Part shown: positions 48,759-58,071 of the stretch, piece after piece
How positions within the stretch are numbered: the stretch's first letter is position 1
Layout of the letters: every line of letters starts with the position of its first letter
Origin: an uncultured Gammaproteobacteria bacterium
GTDB taxonomy: Bacteria > Patescibacteriota > Microgenomatia > Daviesbacterales > UBA10151
Assembly (NCBI GenBank): GCA_964625535.1
Contig: CAZVEX010000004.1
Coordinates: 38,166 to 102,165 of the forward strand
Length of the DNA stretch: 64,000 nt
Direction: 5' to 3'
The notes under the pieces: model-generated
Told to the model about the DNA's origin: nothing
The model's input: only the letters and a program-made list of their open reading frames with translations
The model's database searches: none
Translations under genes and position numbers: made by a program

Positions 48759-49064
48759 TCAGCGGATCAATAGCCTGATCCACTTATTTTTATCTTCCAC
48801 CCCCCAAATTCTATCTGTAATAAGATAGGTGGCTGAAGCCAAAATGGTAATACCAACACATGCCCCTAGTACAATCATGGCTGAAGCATTTTCTTGATCT
48901 TTAGACAGTAAATAACCTATCCACCCACCCACACCTGCTCCTACCATCCAAGCCAGGGAGTGCATGGGTCTTCGCAAAAAATGCCATCTTTGATGACCTT
49001 GCTCGGGTTGAGGTGGAACTTCTAAAGGTTGAATCAATTCACCATCTAATTCTGGTCTTGGCAT
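48759..49064 (-). CDS. Hypothetical membrane protein (glycine-zipper-like)
   Basis: VGAGVGGWIG; likely start at the ATG at 49064, just after the upstream stop. Confidence 0.55.
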   Translation of the reverse strand: MPRPELDGELIQPLEVPPQPEQGHQRWHFLRRPMHSLAWMVGAGVGGWIGYLLSKDQENASAMIVLGACVGITILASATYLITDRIWGVEDKNKWIRLLIR

Positions 49065-49065
49065 A

Positions 49066-49503
49066 TTAATAAAATCTTCCTCCGTTAATAGCGGGAGCAC
49101 CCACTATTACTTTTCCTATTTCCGGCAAGATACGTTCTGCAGCATCCACTATCAACGGAGCCACAACTCCTGTGCCTAGGGCTAAAAGTCCAACTGCCAC
49201 AGCCGCCGCCACTCTGGCTGAACCACGCTCCTCGGATAAGAATGCTCTCTCTGCTTGAATTCTTTGTTTCTCATGCCCCAGAAAGTTTCCTACAAAAAGT
49301 CCTGCCCCGCCGCCAAGTACCGCCAAGGCAATTCTCACTTCCGTAGATTGTACCATTCTGTGTACCATAAACTTAAAATAATCCGGCCATGACGACTGGG
49401 CAACAAACCAATCTGCTACCGGCGGCGTCAAAAACCCCAAGGCTCCACCTACAACTATTCCTATTGCTTCAGATATTGGTAAATGTCTAAATCTCTCTCT
49501 CAT
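49066..49503 (-). CDS. Hypothetical membrane protein (glycine-zipper-like)
   Basis: GIVVGGALG, LGGGAGLFVG and a third TM helix. Confidence 0.55.
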   Translation of the reverse strand: MRERFRHLPISEAIGIVVGGALGFLTPPVADWFVAQSSWPDYFKFMVHRMVQSTEVRIALAVLGGGAGLFVGNFLGHEKQRIQAERAFLSEERGSARVAAAVAVGLLALGTGVVAPLIVDAAERILPEIGKVIVGAPAINGGRFY

Positions 49504-49558
49504 TTATGCCTGGATAATACCTCTTTATTTTCTAAATTTCAAGAGGTATGATAATTTT

Positions 49559-49663
49559 ATGATGTATTCGCCCAAATTCAAAATATTTTGGATAATCTTG
49601 TCCCTTCTTGCCGGTTTTGCCATCTTGATTTTTTCCCTTCTGCCCCTTTTGACAACTCTGTAA
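49559..49663 (+). CDS. Putative 34-aa single-TM small protein (MMYSPKFKIFWIILSLLAGFAILIFSLLPLLTTL)
   Basis: Basic N-terminus plus an uninterrupted hydrophobic helix; below the ORF-track length cutoff. Confidence 0.5.
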   Translation: MMYSPKFKIFWIILSLLAGFAILIFSLLPLLTTL

Positions 49664-49685
49664 TCCATGATATAATTTTTCACTT

Positions 49686-50063
49686 ATGAGTATGAGGGAA
49701 CGAAAAAACGGCCGTGTTCCAAAACCAGCAGATTTAACTTTAACACCTGCCGAGTGTGCGGTAGCTATTGAGGCAACTGCTACTGCAGCTAACGGACATC
49801 AAAGACTATGGTATGGCCCCCTAGAACGTGCAATTATAAGAGCAACCTTGGAAGTACCTGAATTAAAACCAGGTCAACTAAGACATATTCTAAGATCAGC
49901 ATTGGGAAAAGTATGGGAAAAATCTTTTGGGGACAAAGCTCTTGATCCGGAAGAACAAATAATTCTTGCTCAATTCAACAGAGCGATGGCGCTGCATCCT
50001 ATCCAATCAATCACGCCGTCACGTTTTATCACCTTATTAGCAAATCGGATACCTGTACGTTAA
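49686..50063 (+). CDS. Hypothetical protein
   Basis: 125-aa ORF with a TTGACA..TATAAT promoter. Confidence 0.55.
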   Translation: MSMRERKNGRVPKPADLTLTPAECAVAIEATATAANGHQRLWYGPLERAIIRATLEVPELKPGQLRHILRSALGKVWEKSFGDKALDPEEQIILAQFNRAMALHPIQSITPSRFITLLANRIPVR

Positions 50064-50081
50064 ATCCTGTATAATCCACTC

Positions 50082-52079
50082 ATGGATCTTTTCATCCCTT
50101 TACTCAAAATTGCCGGTATTGGCTATACATACTCCAAAAGGCTGGAGCGGCTTAATCTTTTTACTCTGGAAGATTTAATTAACCATTACCCTTTTAGATA
50201 TGATGATTTTTCCAATGTTTCCAGCATTAAAGATACCCAAATTGGTCAAACAGTCACTTTGCAAGGGGAAATTTGGGCAATTAAAAATATTTATACCAGA
50301 TTTGGCAAAACCCTAACCCAAACTATTTTTAATGATGGCTCATCCCCCATTACCTTAACCTGGTTTAACTCACCGTGGTTGATAAAACAAATCAAAGCAG
50401 GGGACAGGTTGCAAGTTTCGGGAAAATTAACTAAATATAAAAGTAAGTTATCTATTATGGCTCCACAATGGGAAAAACTGGAAAGTCGTCAAACATTACA
50501 TACTGGTAGGTTAGTACCAATTTATCCGGAAACATATGGAGTTTCTTCCAAGTGGCTGCGTACCAAAATAGCCAAACTACTTCCGGAAGTTTTAGATCAA
50601 ATTAAAGAACCTCTGCCTGATGAAATAAAAAACAACATGTTAGCCCTGCCGGAAGCTTTGCAACAAATTCATTTTCCGGAAAGTTGGGAGCAAGTGGAAA
50701 AAGCCAAATCAAGGTTAGGATTTGATGAGTTATTCTTTGTGTCACTGGCTACTCAAAAGGCAAGGTTAGCGTGGCAAAAAAAGCCGTTAGTTGAACCCTT
50801 AAATATCAAAGAAAGTGATTTAAATTTGTTTTTCAAACTTTTACCCTTTCAGTTGACCCCTGCCCAACAAAGAGTTCTCAAAGAAGTTTTAGATGATCTT
50901 AAAAAGAGTCAGCCTATGAACAGATTAATCCAAGGAGAGGTAGGTGCCGGAAAAACAGTGGTAGCTACGGCAGTCGCATATTTAGTACACAAAAACCATC
51001 TTAAAACTTTGTTCATGGCTCCCACGGAAATTTTAGCCTTCCAACACTTTGAAACCTTAAAAAAATTATTGAAACCATTTGCAATTTCAGTTGGGATATA
51101 TACGGGCAGTAAGAAAAAAGCAGAAAAGACAGATGTTATTATTGGTACTCATGCTCTTTTGTCAGAGAAACTAAATGCAGATGATGTGGGACTAGTCATA
51201 GTAGATGAACAACAACGCTTTGGGGTAGAGCAGCGAACACTTCTTCGCTCCCGCGCCAAAATCCCGCATTTTCTCACCATGACTGCCACTCCTATCCCGC
51301 GAACCGTTGCCTTAACTTTATATGGAGATTTGGATATGTCAGTGATTGATGAACTTCCCAAAGGCAGACAAAAAGTTAAAACCTATTTAGTACCGGAGAA
51401 AAAAAGATTGGATTCTTATAAATTTATAGAGAGTCATGTTAGAGCAGGGGAACAAGTTTATATCATCACTCCTTTGATTGAACCTTCTGAAACTCTGGTA
51501 ACAGTCAAAGCAGTAAAGCAGGAATTTGAAAAATTAAAAAAGATTTTTCCCAATTTTGGGCTTGATCTTTTGCACGGCAGAATGAAAGGCAAGGAGAAAG
51601 AAAAAGTCACAACAGATTTTCGCCGGGGCATGTCCCAAATCCTGGTTTCCACATCAGTAGTGGAGGTGGGCATGGATAATCCCAATGCCACTATTATTAT
51701 TATTGAAGGAGCAGAACGCTTTGGCCTGGCCCAGCTTCATCAGCTGCGAGGTCGAGTAGGCAGGGGGAGCAAGGAATCGTATTGTTTTCTTTATACATCA
51801 AATCCTAAAGATACCTCCAGATTAAAATATCTGGAAACTACTTTTGACGGATTAAAACTTTCAGAATTGGATCTTAAAATAAGAGGTTCCGGCGAAATTT
51901 TCGGCAGCCGTCAGGCAGGCAGGTTTGAGTTTAAAATTGCCAGTTTCAGCAATTTAACTTTGATTGAGAAAACAAGATCTGCTGCCCAAAAGCTTCTCCA
52001 AAATAATCCTACCCTTGACAAATATCCATTACTTCAAGCACAATTACAAAAGGTTTCTAAAGAAGTCATGCCTGATTGA
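50082..52079 (+). CDS. recG: ATP-dependent DNA helicase RecG
   Basis: QGEVGAGKT, APTEILA, DEQQRFG, MTATPIPR, QLHQLRGRVGRG. Confidence 0.97.
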   Translation: MDLFIPLLKIAGIGYTYSKRLERLNLFTLEDLINHYPFRYDDFSNVSSIKDTQIGQTVTLQGEIWAIKNIYTRFGKTLTQTIFNDGSSPITLTWFNSPWLIKQIKAGDRLQVSGKLTKYKSKLSIMAPQWEKLESRQTLHTGRLVPIYPETYGVSSKWLRTKIAKLLPEVLDQIKEPLPDEIKNNMLALPEALQQIHFPESWEQVEKAKSRLGFDELFFVSLATQKARLAWQKKPLVEPLNIKESDLNLFFKLLPFQLTPAQQRVLKEVLDDLKKSQPMNRLIQGEVGAGKTVVATAVAYLVHKNHLKTLFMAPTEILAFQHFETLKKLLKPFAISVGIYTGSKKKAEKTDVIIGTHALLSEKLNADDVGLVIVDEQQRFGVEQRTLLRSRAKIPHFLTMTATPIPRTVALTLYGDLDMSVIDELPKGRQKVKTYLVPEKKRLDSYKFIESHVRAGEQVYIITPLIEPSETLVTVKAVKQEFEKLKKIFPNFGLDLLHGRMKGKEKEKVTTDFRRGMSQILVSTSVVEVGMDNPNATIIIIEGAERFGLAQLHQLRGRVGRGSKESYCFLYTSNPKDTSRLKYLETTFDGLKLSELDLKIRGSGEIFGSRQAGRFEFKIASFSNLTLIEKTRSAAQKLLQNNPTLDKYPLLQAQLQKVSKEVMPD

Positions 52080-52088
52080 GGAGATTTT

Positions 52089-52286
52089 ATGCCGGGAGAA
52101 CCTAAAAGAAGACATTCTAAAGCGAGAAAAAGAACCAGACGAGCGGCTATTAAATTGGCTGAGGTGGCTTTAATAGTTTGTAAAAATTGCGGAGTTAAAA
52201 CCAGACCACACATAGTTTGCGTGGAGTGCGGCTTTTACCGCGGCAAACTTGTTGGTAAACCCCAAACCAAAGTAACTAAAGCATGA
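52089..52286 (+). CDS. rpmF: 50S ribosomal protein L32
   Basis: PKRRHSKAR; CxxC..PH.VCxxCGFY. Confidence 0.95.
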   Translation: MPGEPKRRHSKARKRTRRAAIKLAEVALIVCKNCGVKTRPHIVCVECGFYRGKLVGKPQTKVTKA

Positions 52287-52651
52287 AAACCGCCCAAGAC
52301 CCACGACACAAGCGGCGCGTCAAAATCATCCGCGAACTCTTCTCATGGGAATTTAACAAAAAAAGCAAGCGCTCTGTGACGAGCCGGCAAATCATTGATA
52401 ATCTTTCCCGGATTGATGAGCTGATACAAAGAAGTGCCTCTGAAAGACCTATTGAGCAAATCAATAAAATTGATTTAGCTATCTTGCGTTTGGCCACTTT
52501 TGAGTTAATAATAAAAAGGGGGGTTCCTTTTAAGGTGGTGGTGGATGAGGCGGTGGAGCTTGGCAAGAAATACGGCAGCGACTCATCCCCAAGCCTGATT
52601 AATGGAGCTCTGGGAAAATTAATAAATATGGAGGGAATATCCAGTGCCTGA
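52283..52651 (+). CDS. nusB: Transcription antitermination factor NusB
   Basis: IDLAILRLA.FE, VDEAVELGKKYG, INGALG. Confidence 0.93.
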   Translation: MKTAQDPRHKRRVKIIRELFSWEFNKKSKRSVTSRQIIDNLSRIDELIQRSASERPIEQINKIDLAILRLATFELIIKRGVPFKVVVDEAVELGKKYGSDSSPSLINGALGKLINMEGISSA

Positions 52652-52880
52652 TAACAAAGACATATTAGGGAGCATTGCCGAACATTTGGGCCTTTCGCCA
52701 GAAGACATTGATCTAAAAGCTCTTCTTAGGGAAGATTTAAATTTGGGGCCGGTTGAGTTAAACGATCTGCTTAATTTTTTATCTAAAAAATATGAGATCG
52801 TTTTTGACCCGCAAGATACGGAAAATCTAAGCATGGTCGAGGATCTGGTGCTTTTAGTGGAGGATAATTTAATTGCCTGA
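52644..52880 (+). CDS. Acyl carrier protein-like protein lacking the DSL serine
   Basis: Acidic 78-aa ACP pattern directly before rnc; EDLNLGPVEL in place of DLGxDSLD. Confidence 0.75.
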   Translation: MPDNKDILGSIAEHLGLSPEDIDLKALLREDLNLGPVELNDLLNFLSKKYEIVFDPQDTENLSMVEDLVLLVEDNLIA

Positions 52881-53565
52881 TTTTACCCCACTCCTATCTA
52901 AGCTTAATATAAAATTTAAAGATACAAACTTGCTGAAGCAGGCTTTTATTCACCGCTCCTATTTAAACGAGGTTAAGCTGGATACTCTTTCCAACGAAAG
53001 ACTGGAGTTTTTGGGAGATTCTGTTTTGTCTCTGGTTGTAACTTTGCATCTTTTTAATGCCAGAAAAAATGATAACGAAGGGGATCTGACCAATTTAAGA
53101 TCGTACATTGTTAAAACCAAATCTCTCTCGCAAGTTGCTCAAAAACTGGAACTGGGAAAATATTTAAAACTGTCCCGGGGGGAGGAGTTGGGGGGAGGAA
53201 GAGTTAATCCCCAGCTTTTGGCCAATACTTATGAAGCTCTTTTAGGAGCAATTTTTCTGGATAAAGGGCTCGAAGAAACAGGCAGAGTAATAGAATCTAC
53301 TCTTTTACCTTTGTTTGAGAAAGAGATTAAGGCAGGCCCTCCCCGGGATGCCAAATCCCGTTTGCAGGAGATAGTCCAGGAAAAATTTAAAACCTCCCCC
53401 TATTATAAAATTTTATCCGCCCGGGGCCCTGATCATGCCAAAAAATTCACGGTGGGAGTTTTTATCCAGGGTAAAAAACAGGGGGTGGGCCTCGGCTCTT
53501 CCAAACAGGAAGCAGAAGAACAATCAGCCAAGGAGGCGCTAAGTAAATTAGCCACCAGAATTTGA
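52873..53565 (+). CDS. rnc: Ribonuclease III
   Basis: NERLEFLGDSVL, EALLGAIFLD, dsRBD (DAKSRLQE, GPDH). Confidence 0.97.
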   Translation: MPDFTPLLSKLNIKFKDTNLLKQAFIHRSYLNEVKLDTLSNERLEFLGDSVLSLVVTLHLFNARKNDNEGDLTNLRSYIVKTKSLSQVAQKLELGKYLKLSRGEELGGGRVNPQLLANTYEALLGAIFLDKGLEETGRVIESTLLPLFEKEIKAGPPRDAKSRLQEIVQEKFKTSPYYKILSARGPDHAKKFTVGVFIQGKKQGVGLGSSKQEAEEQSAKEALSKLATRI

Positions 53566-53602
53566 CAGCTATTGCTAAAAGTGGTATACTATAAGATATC
53601 AT

Positions 53603-54502
53603 ATGGTGGAGTTAACTAGACCAAGTTGGCTAACTGATGCTCAAAATTTCCATCCTCGGCCCAATCTTATGCATCTATTATTGTGGGATAGAACGTATAC
53701 CATTCCGGTAAGAGGAGTACCTCTTTTAGATGTTATGGAAAGAAGAATTATCCCGGAAGCTCCCACCCCTGTTAGAATCCTGGAGATAGGCATAGGAAAG
53801 AATTCTCTGGTAGTAGCCAGTCCCTTTGAACCCTACTGGATTGCCGCCTTACTGGAACATCAAGGAATAGACTATTCAATGGTACTAGTCGATAAAAACA
53901 GAAATATTTTAAATGATGTTGAAAGGAGAAGAGAAATCTTTGCCGCCTTAAGTGTATCTAACACCGATACTTTATTGAGTTGGTCTTGGAGAAAATATCT
54001 TGAACTAACCAACCAACCTCGCACTATCACCAATCATCCGGAAAAGGAGCTTGAGTTTGTAAGGTTTGGCATAAGCTTTTTGCGGCGACCTTTTTTACCC
54101 TGGCGGGAAATACAAGAGGGAATCTTGAAAGCTTCTGTCCCAGCCGGCTTTACCCGAAGAATTCATGAGAAAAGAATACTATTTAAGTGTTCTGATATAG
54201 CTACCGCAGATTTAGAGCAATTTGGGGAATTCGACCTGATTATTTGCATGAATACGCTTTATTACCTGCCCACCGAGGGGCAAAAATTGGCCGTATTTAA
54301 AATGTCCCGGGCTTTAAGTCGAAATGGAAGAATGCTAATTGGGGATATAGAAGATGGATGGGGAGGTCTCCAGCCACTGACAGCTCCCTTTGGCGGGTGG
54401 CTTAATGAAGAGAAAATGGCAGATCTGGGTTTAAGTTTGGAGGAAAAATCACCTGAAGACGCCCCAACAGCCCCCTACATTCTGCTTAACAAAAATAGAT
54501 AA
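53603..54502 (+). CDS. SAM-dependent methyltransferase, CheR-like C-terminus
   Basis: ILEIGIG..EPYWIA; FDLIICMNTLYY; L...GRMLIG. Confidence 0.7.
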   Translation: MVELTRPSWLTDAQNFHPRPNLMHLLLWDRTYTIPVRGVPLLDVMERRIIPEAPTPVRILEIGIGKNSLVVASPFEPYWIAALLEHQGIDYSMVLVDKNRNILNDVERRREIFAALSVSNTDTLLSWSWRKYLELTNQPRTITNHPEKELEFVRFGISFLRRPFLPWREIQEGILKASVPAGFTRRIHEKRILFKCSDIATADLEQFGEFDLIICMNTLYYLPTEGQKLAVFKMSRALSRNGRMLIGDIEDGWGGLQPLTAPFGGWLNEEKMADLGLSLEEKSPEDAPTAPYILLNKNR

Positions 54503-54541
54503 AGGTTGACGTATTCGGTTTCATGCCCTATACTTACTTTC

Positions 54542-54907
54542 ATGCTTAAAATTAGATTGATGAGGATTGGGACCAAGAAGAAACCGTTTTACCGGGTGGT
54601 GGCTGTGGATGAAAGATCAAAGCGAACCGGGGCTTATGTTGAACTTTTGGGAACTTATAATCCTTTGACAGAACCAAAGGATATAAAATTAAAACAAGAT
54701 AGAATTGATTATTGGATAAAACAAGGAGCCCAAATGTCAGAGGGGTTTTTAAGGATTATTGGCAAAGCGCCCCAGCGTCCGCCCAGAAAACCAAAGAAGG
54801 AGAAGAAAACAGAAGAGAAACCAGCAGATGAAACGACTCAGGTTGCAGAGGAGCCAAAAACAGAAGAAACTCCAAAAGAGGAACAAAAAAATGAAGGATC
54901 TGCTTGA
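54542..54907 (+). CDS. rpsP: 30S ribosomal protein S16 with an acidic tail
   Basis: MLKIRLMRIG.KKKPFYRVV, GTYNP. Confidence 0.97.
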   Translation: MLKIRLMRIGTKKKPFYRVVAVDERSKRTGAYVELLGTYNPLTEPKDIKLKQDRIDYWIKQGAQMSEGFLRIIGKAPQRPPRKPKKEKKTEEKPADETTQVAEEPKTEETPKEEQKNEGSA

Positions 54908-55130
54908 ATATATTGTGACAAATCTGGTTTCCAAACCAGAAGCAGTCAAAATAGACGAACAACAACAAAACGGTGAAGTGAACCTAAATTTAACCGTTGA
55001 CCCATCGGATATGGGGCTGATTATTGGCAAAAGCGGACAAACCATTAGAGCCATCAGGAAGTTATTAACAGTAAGGGCCATTGCCGAAAACATCAGGGTG
55101 AATTTGACTCTGGCAGAACCGGCCCAATGA
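54891..55130 (+). CDS. khpA: KH-domain RNA-binding protein KhpA
   Basis: DMGLIIGKSGQTIRAIR; lies between rpsP and trmD. Confidence 0.9.
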   Translation: MKDLLEYIVTNLVSKPEAVKIDEQQQNGEVNLNLTVDPSDMGLIIGKSGQTIRAIRKLLTVRAIAENIRVNLTLAEPAQ

Positions 55131-55786
55131 AGATTTCCATTATTACACTTTTCCCCGAAGTTTTTGACCCTATCTTAAATTCCAGTATTTTAAAAAGGGC
55201 CCAAGCTAAAGGTAAAGTTTCTTTTGAACTCATAAATCTTCGTGATTTTGGGGAAGGTAAACATAAGGTGGTTGACGATAGACCTTATGGAGGTGGAGTC
55301 GGAATGATTTTTAGAGCGGATATTTTGACTAAAGCTTTAAAATCAACTGATCGGGGAAAAGTTATCTTAACCTCTGCTTCTGGCAAACCATACAAACAGG
55401 TAGTGGCACAAAAACTCTCCAGGCTGAATCATATCATCATAGTTTGTGGCCATTACGAAGGAGTGGATCAAAGGTTTATTGAAAATCAAGTTGATGAGGA
55501 AATTAGTATAGGTGATTATGTTTTAACTGGAGGGGAAATACCTGCCATGGTTATCATGGATTCTATTACCAGACTAATTCCGGGAGTTCTGGAAAAACCC
55601 GAAGCCACACTAAATGAATCTTTTTCCCAAGGACTTTTAGAATACCCACACTATACCAGACCGGAAGTTTTTGAAGGAAAAAAGGTTCCGGAAGTTTTAC
55701 TTTCCGGAAATCATAAAAAAATCTCCCAGTGGCGTCGGGAAAAATCACTGGAAAAAACTAAAAAAGTCAGGCCGGATCTATATTAG
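55127..55786 (+). CDS. trmD: tRNA (guanine-N1)-methyltransferase
   Basis: VDDRPYGGG, CGHYEGVDQR, SIGDYVLTGGE. Confidence 0.98.
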   Translation: MKISIITLFPEVFDPILNSSILKRAQAKGKVSFELINLRDFGEGKHKVVDDRPYGGGVGMIFRADILTKALKSTDRGKVILTSASGKPYKQVVAQKLSRLNHIIIVCGHYEGVDQRFIENQVDEEISIGDYVLTGGEIPAMVIMDSITRLIPGVLEKPEATLNESFSQGLLEYPHYTRPEVFEGKKVPEVLLSGNHKKISQWRREKSLEKTKKVRPDLY

Positions 55787-55794
55787 TCCAAAAA

Positions 55795-56484
55795 CTATTC
55801 AAATGGATCCGCTTTGCCGGTCACGGTCAAGGGTACAGCAGTAGATACTTCGGTTCTGGCCAGCTTGGAAATCAGCTCTTCCTCTCCCGAGGAGATTTGG
55901 GGAAGCGGGGAGTCGATACTGCCCAAATTAGCCGGTATCGGAGTAAACATCGCTTCAATTGCCAAATTAGCGTCTACTATATCCCCCCCTCTACCTGATG
56001 AAACTTCTATATTAGTAACCCTCATTAGCCTGGGAGAGCTCTCAATGCTGCTTAAAAACCTACCGAGAAGGTTTTTGGCTCCGACAGCTTCCAGTCTAGC
56101 CCCAAAACTTTGCCCGGTGGATGATTTATTCCCGCTACCTGCTCCAAGAGACAATGCAGTAATAACAAATCCATTTTCGTTTGCTATATTCTGAAGTAAA
56201 ATAATAGTGCCGGCAAAATCTTTTTCTCCAGGCAGAGACGAAAGAACATAACTTACTTGACGGCGCAAACTATCTTCATCCAGACCCTCAAGCGCCTCAA
56301 CCTTGGTATTTAAAAACTCCGATCTGGTCCTAAAATCCTGCTCAAGGCGGGAATTTTTTAAGAATACTCCGATTTGGGGAATCAACACAAAGGTTAACAG
56401 GATAAGGCATGAAACAACCACCGCTGCCGGAAAAATAAACAGCCTGTATTTTTTATAAAATTTGCCCAAACTTTCTTTGTTCAT
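55795..56484 (-). CDS. pilO: Type IV pilus assembly protein PilO-like
   Basis: TM helix, coiled coil, ferredoxin-like domain (FLSSIESSPRL); ends DPF; follows pilN. Confidence 0.7.
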   Translation of the reverse strand: MNKESLGKFYKKYRLFIFPAAVVVSCLILLTFVLIPQIGVFLKNSRLEQDFRTRSEFLNTKVEALEGLDEDSLRRQVSYVLSSLPGEKDFAGTIILLQNIANENGFVITALSLGAGSGNKSSTGQSFGARLEAVGAKNLLGRFLSSIESSPRLMRVTNIEVSSGRGGDIVDANLAIEAMFTPIPANLGSIDSPLPQISSGEEELISKLARTEVSTAVPLTVTGKADPFE

Positions 56485-57005
56485 TTGGTTTTAATTTTTA
56501 AACTAATCCTGTAAGTATTTTCTCTACCCCGGTTTAAGCTTTCCACCGACACCTCGGAAACTGCGGTTAAATCGGATATGAGAGTATCCAAAATAATCAC
56601 ATCCGGAATCACGGCGACCAATTGAGCATCGCCGGAGCGGTCAACATTTAAAGAACTGATGCCAATCTGGGAGGACAGCAACCCGTCGAGCAAAGCATAG
56701 GTGGAAACCTGTTTGGAAGTTACCCCCAGATACTGATTAATGGTAGAAAGTCTGTTTTTGATAAGGAGCAGAGAAGTTTGCCTACCGGCAAGTTGAGTAA
56801 CCTTTTCTTCTCCCTCAACGATTTTAGCTTCCACTGCCCTGATGTTTTGGCTTTGTAAAAAACGGATCCCCACCGCAATGGAGGCAAAAAAGGCTACCAG
56901 CAAAATGGCTGCGGTAGACATTAATTGAACCTTATAAAATTTAGCTTTCTTTATTTCATCGCTTAAATATTCTCGGGGTAATAAATTAATGGATATTCTT
57001 GCCAT
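56481..57005 (-). CDS. pilN: Type IV pilus assembly protein PilN-like
   Basis: N-terminal INLLP motif followed by a TM helix. Confidence 0.8.
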   Translation of the reverse strand: MARISINLLPREYLSDEIKKAKFYKVQLMSTAAILLVAFFASIAVGIRFLQSQNIRAVEAKIVEGEEKVTQLAGRQTSLLLIKNRLSTINQYLGVTSKQVSTYALLDGLLSSQIGISSLNVDRSGDAQLVAVIPDVIILDTLISDLTAVSEVSVESLNRGRENTYRISLKIKTK

Positions 57006-57007
57006 CT

Positions 57008-58045
57008 CTAATCCTCCCTTAAAGCCAAACCTGTTGCCACGGAGTAAAGGGGAGCCAGAGCGGACAGTTTCGCTTCCATTGCCTTATCTTTAATAATGCC
57101 GTACCAGGGGTCAGCTTCCTGCACTTCCAAACCCAGAGCATTGGCAAGGTATATCACCAAGCCCGGCATTTTGACTCCTCCTCCTGATAAAACCACTCTT
57201 TTTATCTGATTTTGTGGGTATTTACCGTCAAAAGCCTGCGCTATTCTTCTTCCCTCCATGGCAATAATATCAACCAGGGGTTTTAGAGCCTCAAACACTT
57301 TTCCCTCAAGCTGATCCTGATTTAAACCGTAGACTTTTTTATATTCCTCGGCCTGCGAGCCTTCAAAATTAAATTGCTGAGCCAGAGCCCGTGTCAGCGC
57401 TATACCGCCCGTAGAGATTGACCGGGTCAGCCAAATAAGCCCCTGAGACACAGTAGCAAAATCCGTTGAAGTTGCGCCAAGCTGAATAATTAAAGTGCTG
57501 GGGGAAAAGGGGTTTCTGCCCACCAATGAGCGGGTAATGGCAATAATATCTGTCTCCAGGGCTTTTGCTTTTATTCCGGCTAAAGAGAGTACTTTAATAT
57601 ATTTCTCAACTGCTATTTTGGGGGAGGCAATTACCAGCACTATGGTTTTGGAGTTTTTGTTTTTACTGTCGGATCTGGCTAAAACCTGCCAGTTTAAATT
57701 GACGTCGGATAAGGGCATGGGGATAAACTCCTCGGCCGCATATTTTATGGCGGACGAAAGTTCCTCATCCGTAAGGTAGGGCAAATCATCAATTACCCGG
57801 GTGAAAACTTTACTCTCGGGCAAGGCTACCACCGCCTCTTTGGTATCAATCCTGGAGTTGCTAAAAAGCCTTTTGATAGTTTCCGCAACTTTTTCCAGGT
57901 CAGCGTCCTGCTCGGAGATCATCCCGGGTAAAGGAGTTGGCAACGCTCCCAAAGTCAACAGTTTAGCTTGATTTCCATCAAGATTAATCTGAACTGCTTT
58001 GATGGAAAAAAAACCAATATCCAAACCAACATTAATTTTGGCCAT
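57008..58045 (-). CDS. pilM: Type IV pilus assembly protein PilM
   Basis: VGLDIG..SIK, actin-like fold, LSGGG, ATGLALR. Confidence 0.93.
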   Translation of the reverse strand: MAKINVGLDIGFFSIKAVQINLDGNQAKLLTLGALPTPLPGMISEQDADLEKVAETIKRLFSNSRIDTKEAVVALPESKVFTRVIDDLPYLTDEELSSAIKYAAEEFIPMPLSDVNLNWQVLARSDSKNKNSKTIVLVIASPKIAVEKYIKVLSLAGIKAKALETDIIAITRSLVGRNPFSPSTLIIQLGATSTDFATVSQGLIWLTRSISTGGIALTRALAQQFNFEGSQAEEYKKVYGLNQDQLEGKVFEALKPLVDIIAMEGRRIAQAFDGKYPQNQIKRVVLSGGGVKMPGLVIYLANALGLEVQEADPWYGIIKDKAMEAKLSALAPLYSVATGLALRED

Positions 58046-58071
58046 AGGCAGTAGTTTTATTGTAACACTTT

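Noticed and set aside
51902-51923. GGCAGGCAGG in recG resembling the pheS palindrome arm
   Set aside because: It encodes the conserved G.RQ.G motif of RecG with no length change and no matching left arm.
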